Source: Fidelibacterota bacterium (lineage in GTDB: Bacteria; Fidelibacterota; Fidelibacteria; Fidelibacterales; Fidelibacteraceae). From it: a DNA stretch of 64,000 nt. The position numbers and the translations under genes are program-made. Positions 41,673-51,790 of the stretch are shown here, piece by piece. The stretch spans positions 144,045-208,044 of the forward strand of contig JAXHNS010000002.1 in assembly GCA_034520235.1 (NCBI GenBank). Reading direction: 5' to 3'. Under the pieces are notes generated by a model. The model saw only the letters and a program-made list of their open reading frames with translations, was not told the origin of the DNA and did not search any database. Each line of letters opens with the position of its first letter. Position 1 is the stretch's first letter.

Positions 41673-42452
41673 TCAGTACAGTAACCTGCTCAATATGGCC
41701 GCGGCTGCCGCTGCGGCATTCAGTGATTCCGCGCCTCCCAGGGACGGCAACGTGACGTCGAGGTGGGGGTAGTGATCAAATGCCCCGGAAACACCCCGGC
41801 TTTCATTCCCGATGACCAGGATGAACGGCTGCAGCGCTTCTTTCCGAAGATCCCTGATATCGGCGTTCCCGTGTGCCTTGCTTAACAAGAGGGTGCGGCC
41901 GGACCTCAGGGTTTCCGGCAGCGTGTCAATTTCAAGATAAGGCATGTGAAAAACCGAACCCATACCGGCCCTGACCGTTTTTGGGTTGCAGGCGTCAACA
42001 CTGCCCCGCATCATCAGCACACCGCTGAGCCCGAACCAGTGCGCGATCCGGAAAAGGGTCCCCGCATTCCCCGGATCACGGATCCGGTCCATCAGCAGAA
42101 GATCTCCTGTCAGGGCTTCCGCCCTGAACGTTTTTTTCTCCGCCACGGCCACAAGCCCCTGGGGCGTCTGCTCACAGGAGATCCTTTTCAGTTCCTGCCG
42201 ACTTATTTCATAGCAGGCGGCATGATGTCCCTCCCGGGCCTTAAGCAAAAGCCGGGACACATGCGGCTCCTGCGAAATTTCCCGGACCACAAAGATCTCC
42301 CTGATCCGGTAGCTGCTTCTGAGCGCCTCCTCCAGGGGAAGGAACCCCTCGATCAGGAATCGTTGTTCGCTGTCGCGAAATTTCTTCTTCTGCAGAGACA
42401 CTGCAGTTTTCAGGATGTTCCGGGCGGGCTTTTGTAAGGGTATTTCCTGCAT
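41673..42452 (-). CDS. TrmH/SpoU-family RNA 2'-O-methyltransferase
   Basis: 259 aa with DRIRDPGNAGTLFRIAHWFG, LVIGNESRGVS, IPSLGGAESLNAAAAAAI. Confidence 0.8.
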   Translation of the reverse strand: MQEIPLQKPARNILKTAVSLQKKKFRDSEQRFLIEGFLPLEEALRSSYRIREIFVVREISQEPHVSRLLLKAREGHHAACYEISRQELKRISCEQTPQGLVAVAEKKTFRAEALTGDLLLMDRIRDPGNAGTLFRIAHWFGLSGVLMMRGSVDACNPKTVRAGMGSVFHMPYLEIDTLPETLRSGRTLLLSKAHGNADIRDLRKEALQPFILVIGNESRGVSGAFDHYPHLDVTLPSLGGAESLNAAAAAAAILSRLLY

Positions 42453-42568
42453 GAAAGAATATATAAAATAAGCCGGCGGGATACATCTTTATTTTTTTAT
42501 CCGGATAAAACTCTTCGGTTTTTACCGTAATCATTGTATCATTATGTAGAACTACGGTATAAATTGCA

Positions 42569-43876
42569 ATGAAAGATCCTCACAACAATCAACACGCCTG
42601 GTACCGCCTGGATACTTCGGCAAAGATCTATCCCGCTCTGGAATCACCGGAGAACACTAACATATTTCGTTTTTCCATGACGCTGAAACACAGCATCGAT
42701 CCTTCCGTGCTTCACCGCGCCCTGGAGACCCTCAGGCCGCGCTTTCCCTATTACAACGTCCGGCTCCGCCGGGGCCTGTTCTGGTATTATCTGGAGAAGA
42801 ACGAAAAGCCCTTTATTATCTGGCCGGAGACGCCTTACCCCTGTGAACGTCTTTACCCTTCATACAATAACGGATATCTGTACCGGGTGCGCGTATATAA
42901 AGCACGTATCGCCGTGGAATTCTCGCACATTCTCAGCGACGGCAGCGGCTGCATGGAGTTCCTAAAAACCCTGGTGACACAATATCTCCTGCTGGAAGGA
43001 AGCATCGGCGCCATTCCCGAAGGCGTTATGGATCCGCAGGATACGCCCGCTGCGGAAGAATACGAAGATGCATTCCCGAGGGTGCTTGAGATCGAGAAAC
43101 ACCGGCTAAAAGACGTGCCGAAAGAGCGCAGTCTCTTTTCCACCCAGCGGGTCTTCAAAATCCGGGGAAACCTCCTTCCGCTCGGCGCATTCCGCATTAT
43201 CAGCGGAGTGGTTGCCATGAAGGATATCAAGTCTGTCGCAAAAGCATATCAGGCAAAGGTCACGGAATTCCTGGCGGCATTGTATATCGAAGCGCTGATA
43301 CATATACAGAATACCCAGATCAGGAACCGGAAAAAGCACAGGCCGGTCGGTCTGTCGATCCCGGTCAATATGCGGAACCTGTATCCCGTCCGGTCAATGC
43401 GTAATTTCTCGCTGTTCATCGTACCTCGTATTGATCCCGCAAAGGTGCGGGATCTCGGGGATATCATTGGTCTTTTGAAAACATTTGTGCGCACCCGGGC
43501 TTCCAGGGACAATTTGCTGGCCATGGTAAAAGACAACTGCTCGCTAAGCAGCAACGCGCTGATAAAAAATACTCCGGTCCCTGTGAAGGATCTTGTGATC
43601 CGGTACGTCTCCAACACTCAGGGACATGCACAGTTCTCCGGCACCCTGTCCAACCTGGGAGCGGTGCGGCTTCCGGACGCACTTGAGGAACATGTAGAGC
43701 ATATGGGATTCATGCTGGGACCGCCCACGCAAACCCTCACCGCCTGTGCGGTGCTCGGATACAACAATGCACTGCATATTACCTTCGGCCGCGTATGTCA
43801 GGAAGCCGGCGTTGAGCGGCATGTTTTCCGGCGGCTTGTCGAGCTCGGAGCACATGTCAGAATAATAAGCAATTGA
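42569..43876 (+). CDS. HxxxD-motif acyltransferase (condensation / alcohol-acetyltransferase-like superfamily)
   Basis: 435 aa. The catalytic-type motif FSHILSDGSGCMEF (HxxxDG) is at about residue 120. It has the two-lobed length typical of this superfamily. The family assignment is from memory. Confidence 0.55.
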   Translation: MKDPHNNQHAWYRLDTSAKIYPALESPENTNIFRFSMTLKHSIDPSVLHRALETLRPRFPYYNVRLRRGLFWYYLEKNEKPFIIWPETPYPCERLYPSYNNGYLYRVRVYKARIAVEFSHILSDGSGCMEFLKTLVTQYLLLEGSIGAIPEGVMDPQDTPAAEEYEDAFPRVLEIEKHRLKDVPKERSLFSTQRVFKIRGNLLPLGAFRIISGVVAMKDIKSVAKAYQAKVTEFLAALYIEALIHIQNTQIRNRKKHRPVGLSIPVNMRNLYPVRSMRNFSLFIVPRIDPAKVRDLGDIIGLLKTFVRTRASRDNLLAMVKDNCSLSSNALIKNTPVPVKDLVIRYVSNTQGHAQFSGTLSNLGAVRLPDALEEHVEHMGFMLGPPTQTLTACAVLGYNNALHITFGRVCQEAGVERHVFRRLVELGAHVRIISN

Positions 43877-43884
43877 GGTCACTT

Positions 43885-44769
43885 ATGTCCTATTGTGTTC
43901 ATTGCGGGGTGGAACTCGCTGATTATCATGAAAAATGCCCCCTCTGGCCGGAACGGAGGTTTCGGACCCCCGGGCAAAACGAAAACCGCAGACACGGGAT
44001 TATCCGCTGTACCGTGAAAATGCGGGGGATCCGCAGACAAAACCCATGCGGCGGTTTCTTGCCGGTACGGTCATCACGCTTGTATTCTCAACGTAGTATC
44101 GTGATCCTGCTGCTTATCGATTTTATTCATGACCGTCAGATCAGCTGGGCGCTGATCCCGGTTTCTTCCCTGATCTACCTCTGGTGTGTTCTGGCCTATC
44201 CGCTGATGAGGATAAAGAACAGTTTTTTCGGGCTTTATACCTTTGTTTCTTTTGTGACGGCAGCCTACCTTCTGGTGCTGAACCTGGTCATTTCCGGAGA
44301 TCTCCACTGGGCTAAATCCGCTTCCGCGGGCATTGTTTTCATATGGATCATAATGAACGGTATTTTCATTTCCGAACGCGTGAAAAGATGGATCCCCATG
44401 ATCCTTTACTACGTACTGGCATCGCTGCTTTTTACGGCGCTTTTCGCCTTTATGCTGACAGATAACACCATTATCATGAAATTCGTCCTCCCCATCTATC
44501 TTGCGACGCTGTTTTTCACGCTTATCTCCTTTTTCATTATCAGGGCGATCTCCTTTGACATCTACAATTACCTCGCCGTTATCCTTACGAATGCCGCGTT
44601 GCTTTCCATTGTCATTGACCTTGTGGTCACCTATTATCAGACGCAGGCGTATGCGCTCAGCTGGTCACTGATCGTGATCGCGGCCTTGATCCCCCTGAGC
44701 CTGGCCGCCCTTATGCTGCGAAACATCAGGAAATTTCGGAGTTTTGTCGTTAAAAAATTCCACCGCTGA
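43885..44769 (+). CDS. zinc-ribbon plus polytopic membrane protein (DUF6320-like), two frame breaks near the 5' end
   Basis: MSYCVHCGVELADYHEKCPL(C) gives zinc-ribbon cysteines. An alternative frame restores GTEVSDPRAKRKPQTRDYPLY...FLAGTVITLVFST. At least five hydrophobic helices follow. Confidence 0.5.
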   Translation: MSYCVHCGVELADYHEKCPLWPERRFRTPGQNENRRHGIIRCTVKMRGIRRQNPCGGFLPVRSSRLYSQRSIVILLLIDFIHDRQISWALIPVSSLIYLWCVLAYPLMRIKNSFFGLYTFVSFVTAAYLLVLNLVISGDLHWAKSASAGIVFIWIIMNGIFISERVKRWIPMILYYVLASLLFTALFAFMLTDNTIIMKFVLPIYLATLFFTLISFFIIRAISFDIYNYLAVILTNAALLSIVIDLVVTYYQTQAYALSWSLIVIAALIPLSLAALMLRNIRKFRSFVVKKFHR

Positions 44770-45006
44770 CGATATGCTCACCACAAACGGAACAGCCGTT
44801 CTGCGCTCCGACGGTAACGGAAAAACGGGGGATCAACACGAAAAAGAATAAGAACAAGGGTAAAATAGTTGAGCTGTTGAGTTGACTTGAGACTTATTTT
44901 CACCTCGACGACTCGAAAAATCGACAACTCGACTTACTGAAGTGCTCTCACGGCATTCGCCGGTACAGGCGTGTAATTCGTGGTTGGATTTTCGTAAGAT
45001 CCGCGG

Positions 45007-46079
45007 TTAAACATTAAATCGAATATTCAGAATATCGCCGTCCCTGACAACGTAATCCTTTCCTTCCAGGTGGACGAGTCCCTTCGCCTTTGCCGCGGAA
45101 AAACCGCCTTCGCGGACAAAGTTGTCGTAATGGACCACCTCGGCACGGATAAAACCTTTTTGCAGGTCCGTATGTATCTCACCCGCCGCATCCGGTGCCG
45201 TGGCGCCGCTGTGCAGGGTCCATGCCCGCACCTCGTCATCCCCCACGGTAAAGAAACTGATAAGCCCGAATGCGGAGTATGCGGTCGATATCACATGATC
45301 GATCGCCGGCGCGTCGATACCCATTTCTTCCATGAAAAGCTGACGTTCATCTTCCTCCAGTTCCTGGATCTCCTTTTCCATCAGCGCCGAGACCGAAGTG
45401 ACGGGAACGCCGGGGAAAACTTCCCCGAACCGGGCTTCGTACCCGTCCCGTTTTTCATAATGGGATCCATTGCAGTTCAGCACTGCCATCAGGGGCTTCC
45501 GGGAGAGAAACTGAAAGCCGCGGATACGCTTGTCCTCCTCCGGCGTGAAACCGATGTTGCGCAGTGGCGTTTCGTCTTCAAGCGCGGCTTTGCATTTTTC
45601 CAGGAGCTCGAGTTCCCTCGGATCGAACTGCGTGGCGCTGCGGGCCTTGAGAAGCCGTACCTTTTCCAGCCGCGTGTCCGCAACCAGAAGGTCCGCAAAG
45701 ACCAGGTCCGCCTCAAGGTCCTCAAGGTTTTTTACCGGATCGATGCGGAAAGGATCTCCGCCGGCACTGTACCCCTCAAAAACCTGGATGACCGCCACGA
45801 GACTGTCGGTCTGCCGCACCGCTTCCAGATATTTGGAGGCCTGGTCGCTGCGCATGCTTACCGGAAGTCCCATCACATCGATACAGTCGAATTGCGCATG
45901 CGTGATCTTTTTCGGCCGGTACATCTCCGACAGCCGCTCCACGCGTTCATCCGGCACGGTGACCTGACCGCGATGGTACTCCGCCATACCGGAATGAACG
46001 GATTCATATTTCCCCGGGTGAGCAGTTCAAAAAGCGTGCTCTTTCCGGAGAATTTCAATCCGACGAATCCCAGTTGCAT
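45007..46079 (-). CDS. ychF: ribosome-binding ATPase YchF, one frame break near 45990
   Basis: N-terminus MQLGFVGLKFSGKSTLFELLT (P-loop) is in ORF 45873-46079. The rest is in 45007-45987, including the TGS-type C-terminus FFTVGDDEVRAWTLHSGATAPDAAGEIHTDLQKGFIRAEV...GKDYVVRDGDILNIRFNV. Confidence 0.85.
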
Positions 46080-46381
46080 ATTACCTCATTTCCTTATATG
46101 TTTTTGTGCGTTTATATAAAAGGTCCGGCATTTTTCTTTAGTATTTACGATCATTTTGCCGTTTCATAGAAGTTCAAATCTTCAAAACAAATATACGTTT
46201 TCACGAACGAAAGAAACAAGTTGAAAATCCCCTGCCGATAATTACCCGGCACACCCTGCGAAGCGTTCCTGACCTGCGCAGCCGGGATGAGGGAAAACCT
46301 GCCCGCATAGTCCGATAAACAACAGCCTGGATTAATGAACAAAATAAAGAATTCGTGTAATTCGTGGTTGGCTCTTTACCG

Positions 46382-47619
46382 TCAGGAAGCTTTTTTAACG
46401 AACTTGTAATCTTTTTTGCCGCGGGCAACCTCTTTGTCGATGATCGCTTTCTCGATATTTTCCATATCGGGAGCACGGTACATCAGGTCCAGCATGATAT
46501 TTTCCATCACGGAGCGCAAGGCCCTTGCACCTGTCTTTCTTTCATGGCCTGACGGACGATCTCCCTGAGTGCGCTTTTCCGGATATCCAGCCGTATGCCT
46601 TCCTGTTCGATTAGAAATTTATACTGTTTTACCAGGGCGTTCCGGGGTTTGGTAAGGATCGTGATCATCGCGGATTCATCCAGATCATCCAGGCTCGTCA
46701 GAACCGCCAGTCTCCCCACCAGTTCCGGAATAAAACCGTAGTTGATGAGATCCTCGGGACTGATCTGTTCCATAATCTCGTTTTTGCTCAGTGTTTTTCC
46801 GGTCTGCTGTTTCTCGCCGAAACCGATCTCTTTCTTCCCGATGCGCCGGGCGATCACTTCTTCGATACCGTCGAAGGCCCCGCCGCAGATGAAAAGGATG
46901 TTCCGGGTGTCGATATGCACCATCTTCGCTTCCGGATGTTTGCGCCCGCCTTTGGGCGGCACGTGTGCGACCGTTCCTTCCAGGATCTTAAGCAAAGATT
47001 GCCGTACGCCCTCCCCGCTGACGTCGCGGGTGATCGAGGGATTGGCGGACTTTCGTGTGATCTTATCGAGCTCATCGATATAGATGATGCCGTATTCCGC
47101 TTTCCGGGGATCGTAGTCCGCAGACTGCAGGAGCCGGACGAGAATATTCTCGACATCTTCTCCCACGTACCCCGCCTCGGTCAGCACCGTGGCATCCGCG
47201 ATCGCGAAGGGAACCTGCAGCTGCCGGACGAGGGTCTGCGCAATAAGCGTTTTCCCGGTCCCGGTCGGGCCCAGCATAAGGATATTGCTTTTGTCTATCT
47301 CAATGTCCTTGTTCGCGATATGGTTTTTAATGCGTTTGTAATGATTGTAGACCGCCACGGATACCATGCGCTTTGCGTTTTCCTGTCCGATCACGTAGCG
47401 GTTCAGTTCCGAATGGATCTTCGACGGCGTGGGCAATTTCTCCAGGTCAAAGTCGGAAAGCGCCGCTTCCGGCTCCGGCTCGGAAGCGGAAATGATCTCG
47501 TTGGCGGCATGGATACATTCATCGCAAATATAGGTGTCCCCGAAAGCGCCGCGAATGAGCACATTGGTCTCATCTTCGGGGCGTCCGCAGAAATGACATA
47601 TTTTTGGTTTATCGTCCAT
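46382..47619 (-). CDS. clpX: ATP-dependent Clp protease ATP-binding subunit ClpX, one frame break near 46530
   Basis: The zinc-binding N-terminus is [10 protein letters not shown]...YICDECI. Further matches are [31 protein letters not shown]. The C-terminus continues in another frame to ...DYKFVKKAS*, with the stop at 46382-46384. Confidence 0.9.
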
Positions 47620-48202
47620 TATTGTTTCTTCTTAATGATATCGTCAACAATTCCGTAACTTCTTGCTTCTTCGGCGGACATAAAGAAATCCCGTTCCGTA
47701 TCCGTCTGTATCTTCTTCAGGGTCTGACCGGTAGCTTTTTTCAGTATCTTGTTCAGGTTTTCGCGCAGGTACAGGATCTCTTTGGCATGGATCTCGATGT
47801 CGCTGGCCTGGCCTTGCGTCCCGCCCAGCGGCTGATGGATCATCACGCGTGCATTCGGGAGCGCAAACCGTTTGCCTTTCGTGCCGGTGGCAAGCAGTAC
47901 TGCGGACATGGAAGCGGCCTGTCCCACGCAGATCGTGACAATATCCGGTTTGATATAATTCATCGTGTCGTAGATGGCCAGTCCCGCCGTAATGACACCG
48001 CCCGGCGAATTGATGTAGAGATTAACATCCTTATCCGGTTCTTCCGCCTCCAGGAACAGAAGCTGGGCGATGACCAGTGAACTTATGCTGTCCGTGATCG
48101 CGCCGTTGATAAAAACGATGCGTTCTTTCAGCAGCCGGAGTAGATGTCGTAGGAGCGTTCTCCCCGGCCGGTCTGTTCAATGACAAAGGGGAGGTAATTC
48201 AT
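47619..48202 (-). CDS. clpP: ATP-dependent Clp protease proteolytic subunit, one frame break near 48137
   Basis: ATG 48202 gives [22 protein letters not shown]. The observed sequence TACTCCGGCTG would read IYSRLLKERI if the C run were one base longer. The rest (47619-47963 and upstream in frame) has [38 protein letters not shown]. Confidence 0.9.
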
Positions 48203-49487
48203 TGTCCCGTTTCCCTGAGCCGTGCTTTGCGCGGCACTTTTTTGTTCTTTATTTTTGCAAGTGAGGCAAGATGATCGATGAGTTTCTTATGGATAATGTC
48301 ATCGTGAAGCTGGTTCTTTATCTGCGGTGACTGATAATACTGTTCATAGGTCTTCCGCATTTCCTCGTTCACGTCCTTCAGCATTTCTCCGATCCTGGCG
48401 CTGATATCTTCATCCGTCACTTTGATGTCGTTTTCTTTGATGATCTTGTGCTTCACCAGCTGCCATTTCAGGCTCTTTTCCGCCGTTTCCCGGTAGTTCT
48501 CGATCACCGCCTTTTCATCCATTTCCGGCGCGGAGGGGTAGTTCTTTTTCATTTCTTCATAAATGTTCTTTGCCTGTTCCTCCACAACACTTTTCGGAAG
48601 TTCAACCTCTTTCATCCTGTCGATAAAGAAATCGGCGATCTGTTCTTCCAGCCGTTTCTCCGCCTGTTTTTCCCAGTAGGACTCCAGTTCTTCACGCGCC
48701 TTTTTCTTCAGCGCATCAAGGGTCTCCGTTTCCGGACTTACGGTGCGGGCGAATGCATCATTCAGCTCCGGGAGGATATGTTCCTCGACGGACTTTATCT
48801 CCATCCTGAACGTGTGAACGCCTTCTTCCTCCTTGCCGGTCTTCATGGAGATCTCACGGGTCTCGCCGGGCTTTGCGCCCAGAAGCGCCTTCTCGTTTTC
48901 CCCGGTAAAGGGCTCTTCTCCCAGGATCACGCGGGTGCCTTCACTTTCATTCACGGGCTTGCCGTCCTTGTCCATCTCCTTCACATCGGCGACAATGTGA
49001 TGTCCGTGCTTTGCGCCGTCTTCTACATTGACGACTTCCGCGGCGTTCCGGCGAAGGCGGTCAAGGGTTTCCTTTATATCCTCATTGTCGATCTCATACT
49101 GGTATTTCTCCAGGGAAAGGCGTTTTTTGTATTCGGGAAGTTCCCATTCCGGCATCACCTCGAACTTCAGCTTGAGCTTGAGCGGATCACCCTTCTGGAA
49201 ATCAAGGTCCAGCAGTTCCGGCTGGCTGACCGGTGTCAGTTCTTCTTTTTCCAGGGCATGGCCGTAATAATCCGGGAACTTTTCATTGATAAAATCCAGG
49301 TTGATCCGGGACCGAATTTTTTCTCGATGATCTTCAGCGGCACCATGCCTTTGCGGAACCCCGGCAGTGCGATATCTTTGGCAAACTTTTTCTCGAACGC
49401 CTTATAATCCTTTTCAATATCTTCCCAGGATTTCTCAAAATGCATTTCCCGTTCGGTGGGGCTGACTTCTTTTACATTTACTTTCAC
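48199..49487 (-). CDS. tig: trigger factor, one frame break at the T6 run 49317-49322
   Basis: The N-terminal ribosome-binding part has GFRKGMVPLKIIEKK. With A7 instead of A6 in the coding sense, the frame continues IRSRINLDFINEKFPDYY...MPEWELPEYKK into ORF 48199-49158. The start is probably GTG 49487, 5 nt after AAGGAG. Confidence 0.85.
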
Positions 49488-49514
49488 GATCACTCCTTTA
49501 CGTTATAGCCGCCT

Positions 49515-49543
49515 AATATACAATGAGAAAGGGCAAATGTCAA
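49515..49543 (-). promoter_or_regulatory. sigma-70-like promoter upstream of tig
   Basis: The minus strand reads TTGACA (49543-49538), a 17-nt spacer, then TATATT (49520-49515), about 28 nt upstream of the tig start. Confidence 0.4.
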
Positions 49544-49647
49544 AGACTTAGCAAGGGATGCAGAGGATGTGGATCGCAGAAGACATGGAAGGCAAAAATC
49601 AAAAAACGAGGGAAAAAGCAAAAACGGGGCGTGATGGAGGGGGAAGA

Positions 49648-50359
49648 TCAGCCGTTTTCCCGCTTCAGTGCGGCAGAAGCTTTTTTCAGACGTTCCGGGG
49701 TGCCGATATCCATCCATGTCCCCTCGCTGTGATCGTATCCGAGGATGATCTCCTCTTCCGCGGTCTGCAGGTACAGATCAATAATGCTGAAGGATCTTTA
49801 TCCGGCATTTTATCGAAGAGCACGGGGTGCAAGAGCTGGATGCCGCTGAAGGCATAGCAGTGGCCGTCCTCCCCTTTTTGTTCACCGGTCTCCAGATCTT
49901 TCCATCCCTCAGATGGTGGTCGTCGCTGAAACAAAGCTGGCGCGCCGTGTCACGTTTCCTGACGGCGAGAATGGCCGCCGCGGAACTCATCTGGTCAAGA
50001 TAGAGCATGTCAAGCAGGTTGATGTTCGAGATGATATCCACATTGTAAACGAAGAACGGTTCCGTTCCGTCCAGGTAGGGACGCGCATGCTTGACCGCTC
50101 CTCCCGTGCCGAGCAATTTCTTCCGTTCATCCGAAATATGGATCTTCACGCCAAGATCCCGTTTTTTGAGAAACGCCTCGACCTGAGCGGCAAAGTGATG
50201 CACATTGACGACGATCTCATCGATGTCGGTACGTTTCAGTTTCAGTATCGCGCGCTCCAGCATCGTGATCCCGTTGATCTCCACCAAAGCTTTCGGCATG
50301 ATGTCGGTCACGGGTTTCAGGCGTGTTCCCATCCCTGCTGCCAGGATCATTCCTTTCAT
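49648..50359 (-). CDS. sugar-1-phosphate nucleotidyltransferase (MurU-like), at least two frame breaks in the 3' half
   Basis: MKGMILAAGMGTRLKPVTDIMPKALVEINGITMLE is the NTP-transferase signature G.G.RL. The C-terminal pieces, GWKDLETGEQKGEDGHCYAFSGIQLLHP and SFSIIDLYLQTAEEEIILGYDHSEGTWMDIGTPERL...*, are in other frames. Confidence 0.75.
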
Positions 50360-50373
50360 GGCATATCCTTTTC

Positions 50374-51790
50374 TTAATAGTGGTTCAGGATCACAACGAT
50401 ATCATCGCGTTTGCTGAAATACTCCGCAAATTTTGATGCACAATATACGGAACGGTGCTGCCCTCCGGTGCAGCCGAAGCTTACCATCAGGTGCGGAAAT
50501 TTCCTTTCCACGTAGTTGTTGACGGTCGGTTCCACCATGGCGACCGCGTGATGAATAAAGGTACCGATACCGGTCCGGTGTTCCAGGAATTCCCTTACCG
50601 CCCTGTCGTTCCCCGTAAGATCCCGGTATTTTTCATAGCGCCCGGGATTAAGTATTCCCCGGCAGTCAAAGACAAATCCTCCGCCGTGGCCGGAGGTATC
50701 ATCCGGGATCCCCTGCCTGTCAGGAAAAACTGCTCACCTCCAGGGTGAGTTTATCGCTGTCCGAACGGCCGTATTTCATCAGCTTTTCTTCCCGGCAGAT
50801 CCTTTCCATGACCACATTCAATGCCGGCGTGTTTCCCGGAAGTGAACCAGTCTCGAGAAGGTAACGAATGTTCTCAACGGCATACGGAACACTCTTCAGA
50901 AAGTGTTGTTTTTTTTCATAGAACCCGCGGAATCCGTATGCGCCCATGGCCTGCATGATACGCACGAGGACGTAAGCGTGATAATACTTTAAAAAGGTTT
51001 TGCGGTCGAATTCCAGATATTCAGACAGCACGTTGAGATAATGTTCATAGAGCTGGTCACGGATGTGCTGGGGAATATCTGCCTTGGCATCGTAAAGCAG
51101 GGACGCTACATCATACTGCAGGGGCCCCCGGCGGCCGCCCTGAAAATCAATAAAGAAGGGTTTTTCCTCTTTCAGCATAATGTTCCGGGACTGAAAATCG
51201 CGGTACATAAAATAATCATTATCGGCCTCAAGCAGGAAATCGGCAAAAGTATTGAAATCATTCTCAAGCTCCTGCTCGTCAAAGGGGATCTTGGCCAGTT
51301 TCAGGAAATAGTACTTGAAATAATTCAGGTCCCACATAATGGACCGGCGGTCGAAACGGTACCTCGGATAGCATTTTGAATAATCGAGGGTCTTCCCGGC
51401 AAGCAGCTGGAAGCGGGGAAGTGCTTCCAGCACACGCTTGTAAATTTCGATCAGAGGTTTCGGGAATATCCCGTCCTTATATACTCTTTCAAGATACCCG
51501 TAAAGGGTGGTTTCCCCCAGGTCCTCCTGCAGGTAGATATAATTATCCAGGTCTTCCGCATATATTTCCGGGACGGGAAGCCCGTAGGAACGAAAATGCC
51601 GGCAGAAAGACAGAAAGGCGACATTCTCTTTCCGGTCCTCGTTATAGACACCCACAGCACTGCGCCCGGAGCCGCCTGTCAGCCGGTAATATTCCCGGTA
51701 AGAACCGGAACGGGGCATTTCCTCCGTCATGACCGGCGCCTCGTTAAAGCAGGAGGTGAATAATTTTTTCAGGGATCGTTTTTTCTGCAT
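50374..51790 (-). CDS. APH-family sugar kinase (AmgK-like) fused to a RapZ C-terminal domain, one frame break near 50720
   Basis: The N-terminal 350 aa have the phosphotransferase-family layout (SGSYREYYRL, ENVAFLSF, YIYLQEDLG, MYRDFQSRNIML, IDFQGGRRGP). Past the break the sequence reads [50 protein letters not shown]...[21 protein letters not shown]. This matches, from memory, E. coli RapZ SFGFKYGIP...VFDVRFLPNP...MTGLDKPVAAFL...[21 protein letters not shown]. Confidence 0.75.
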
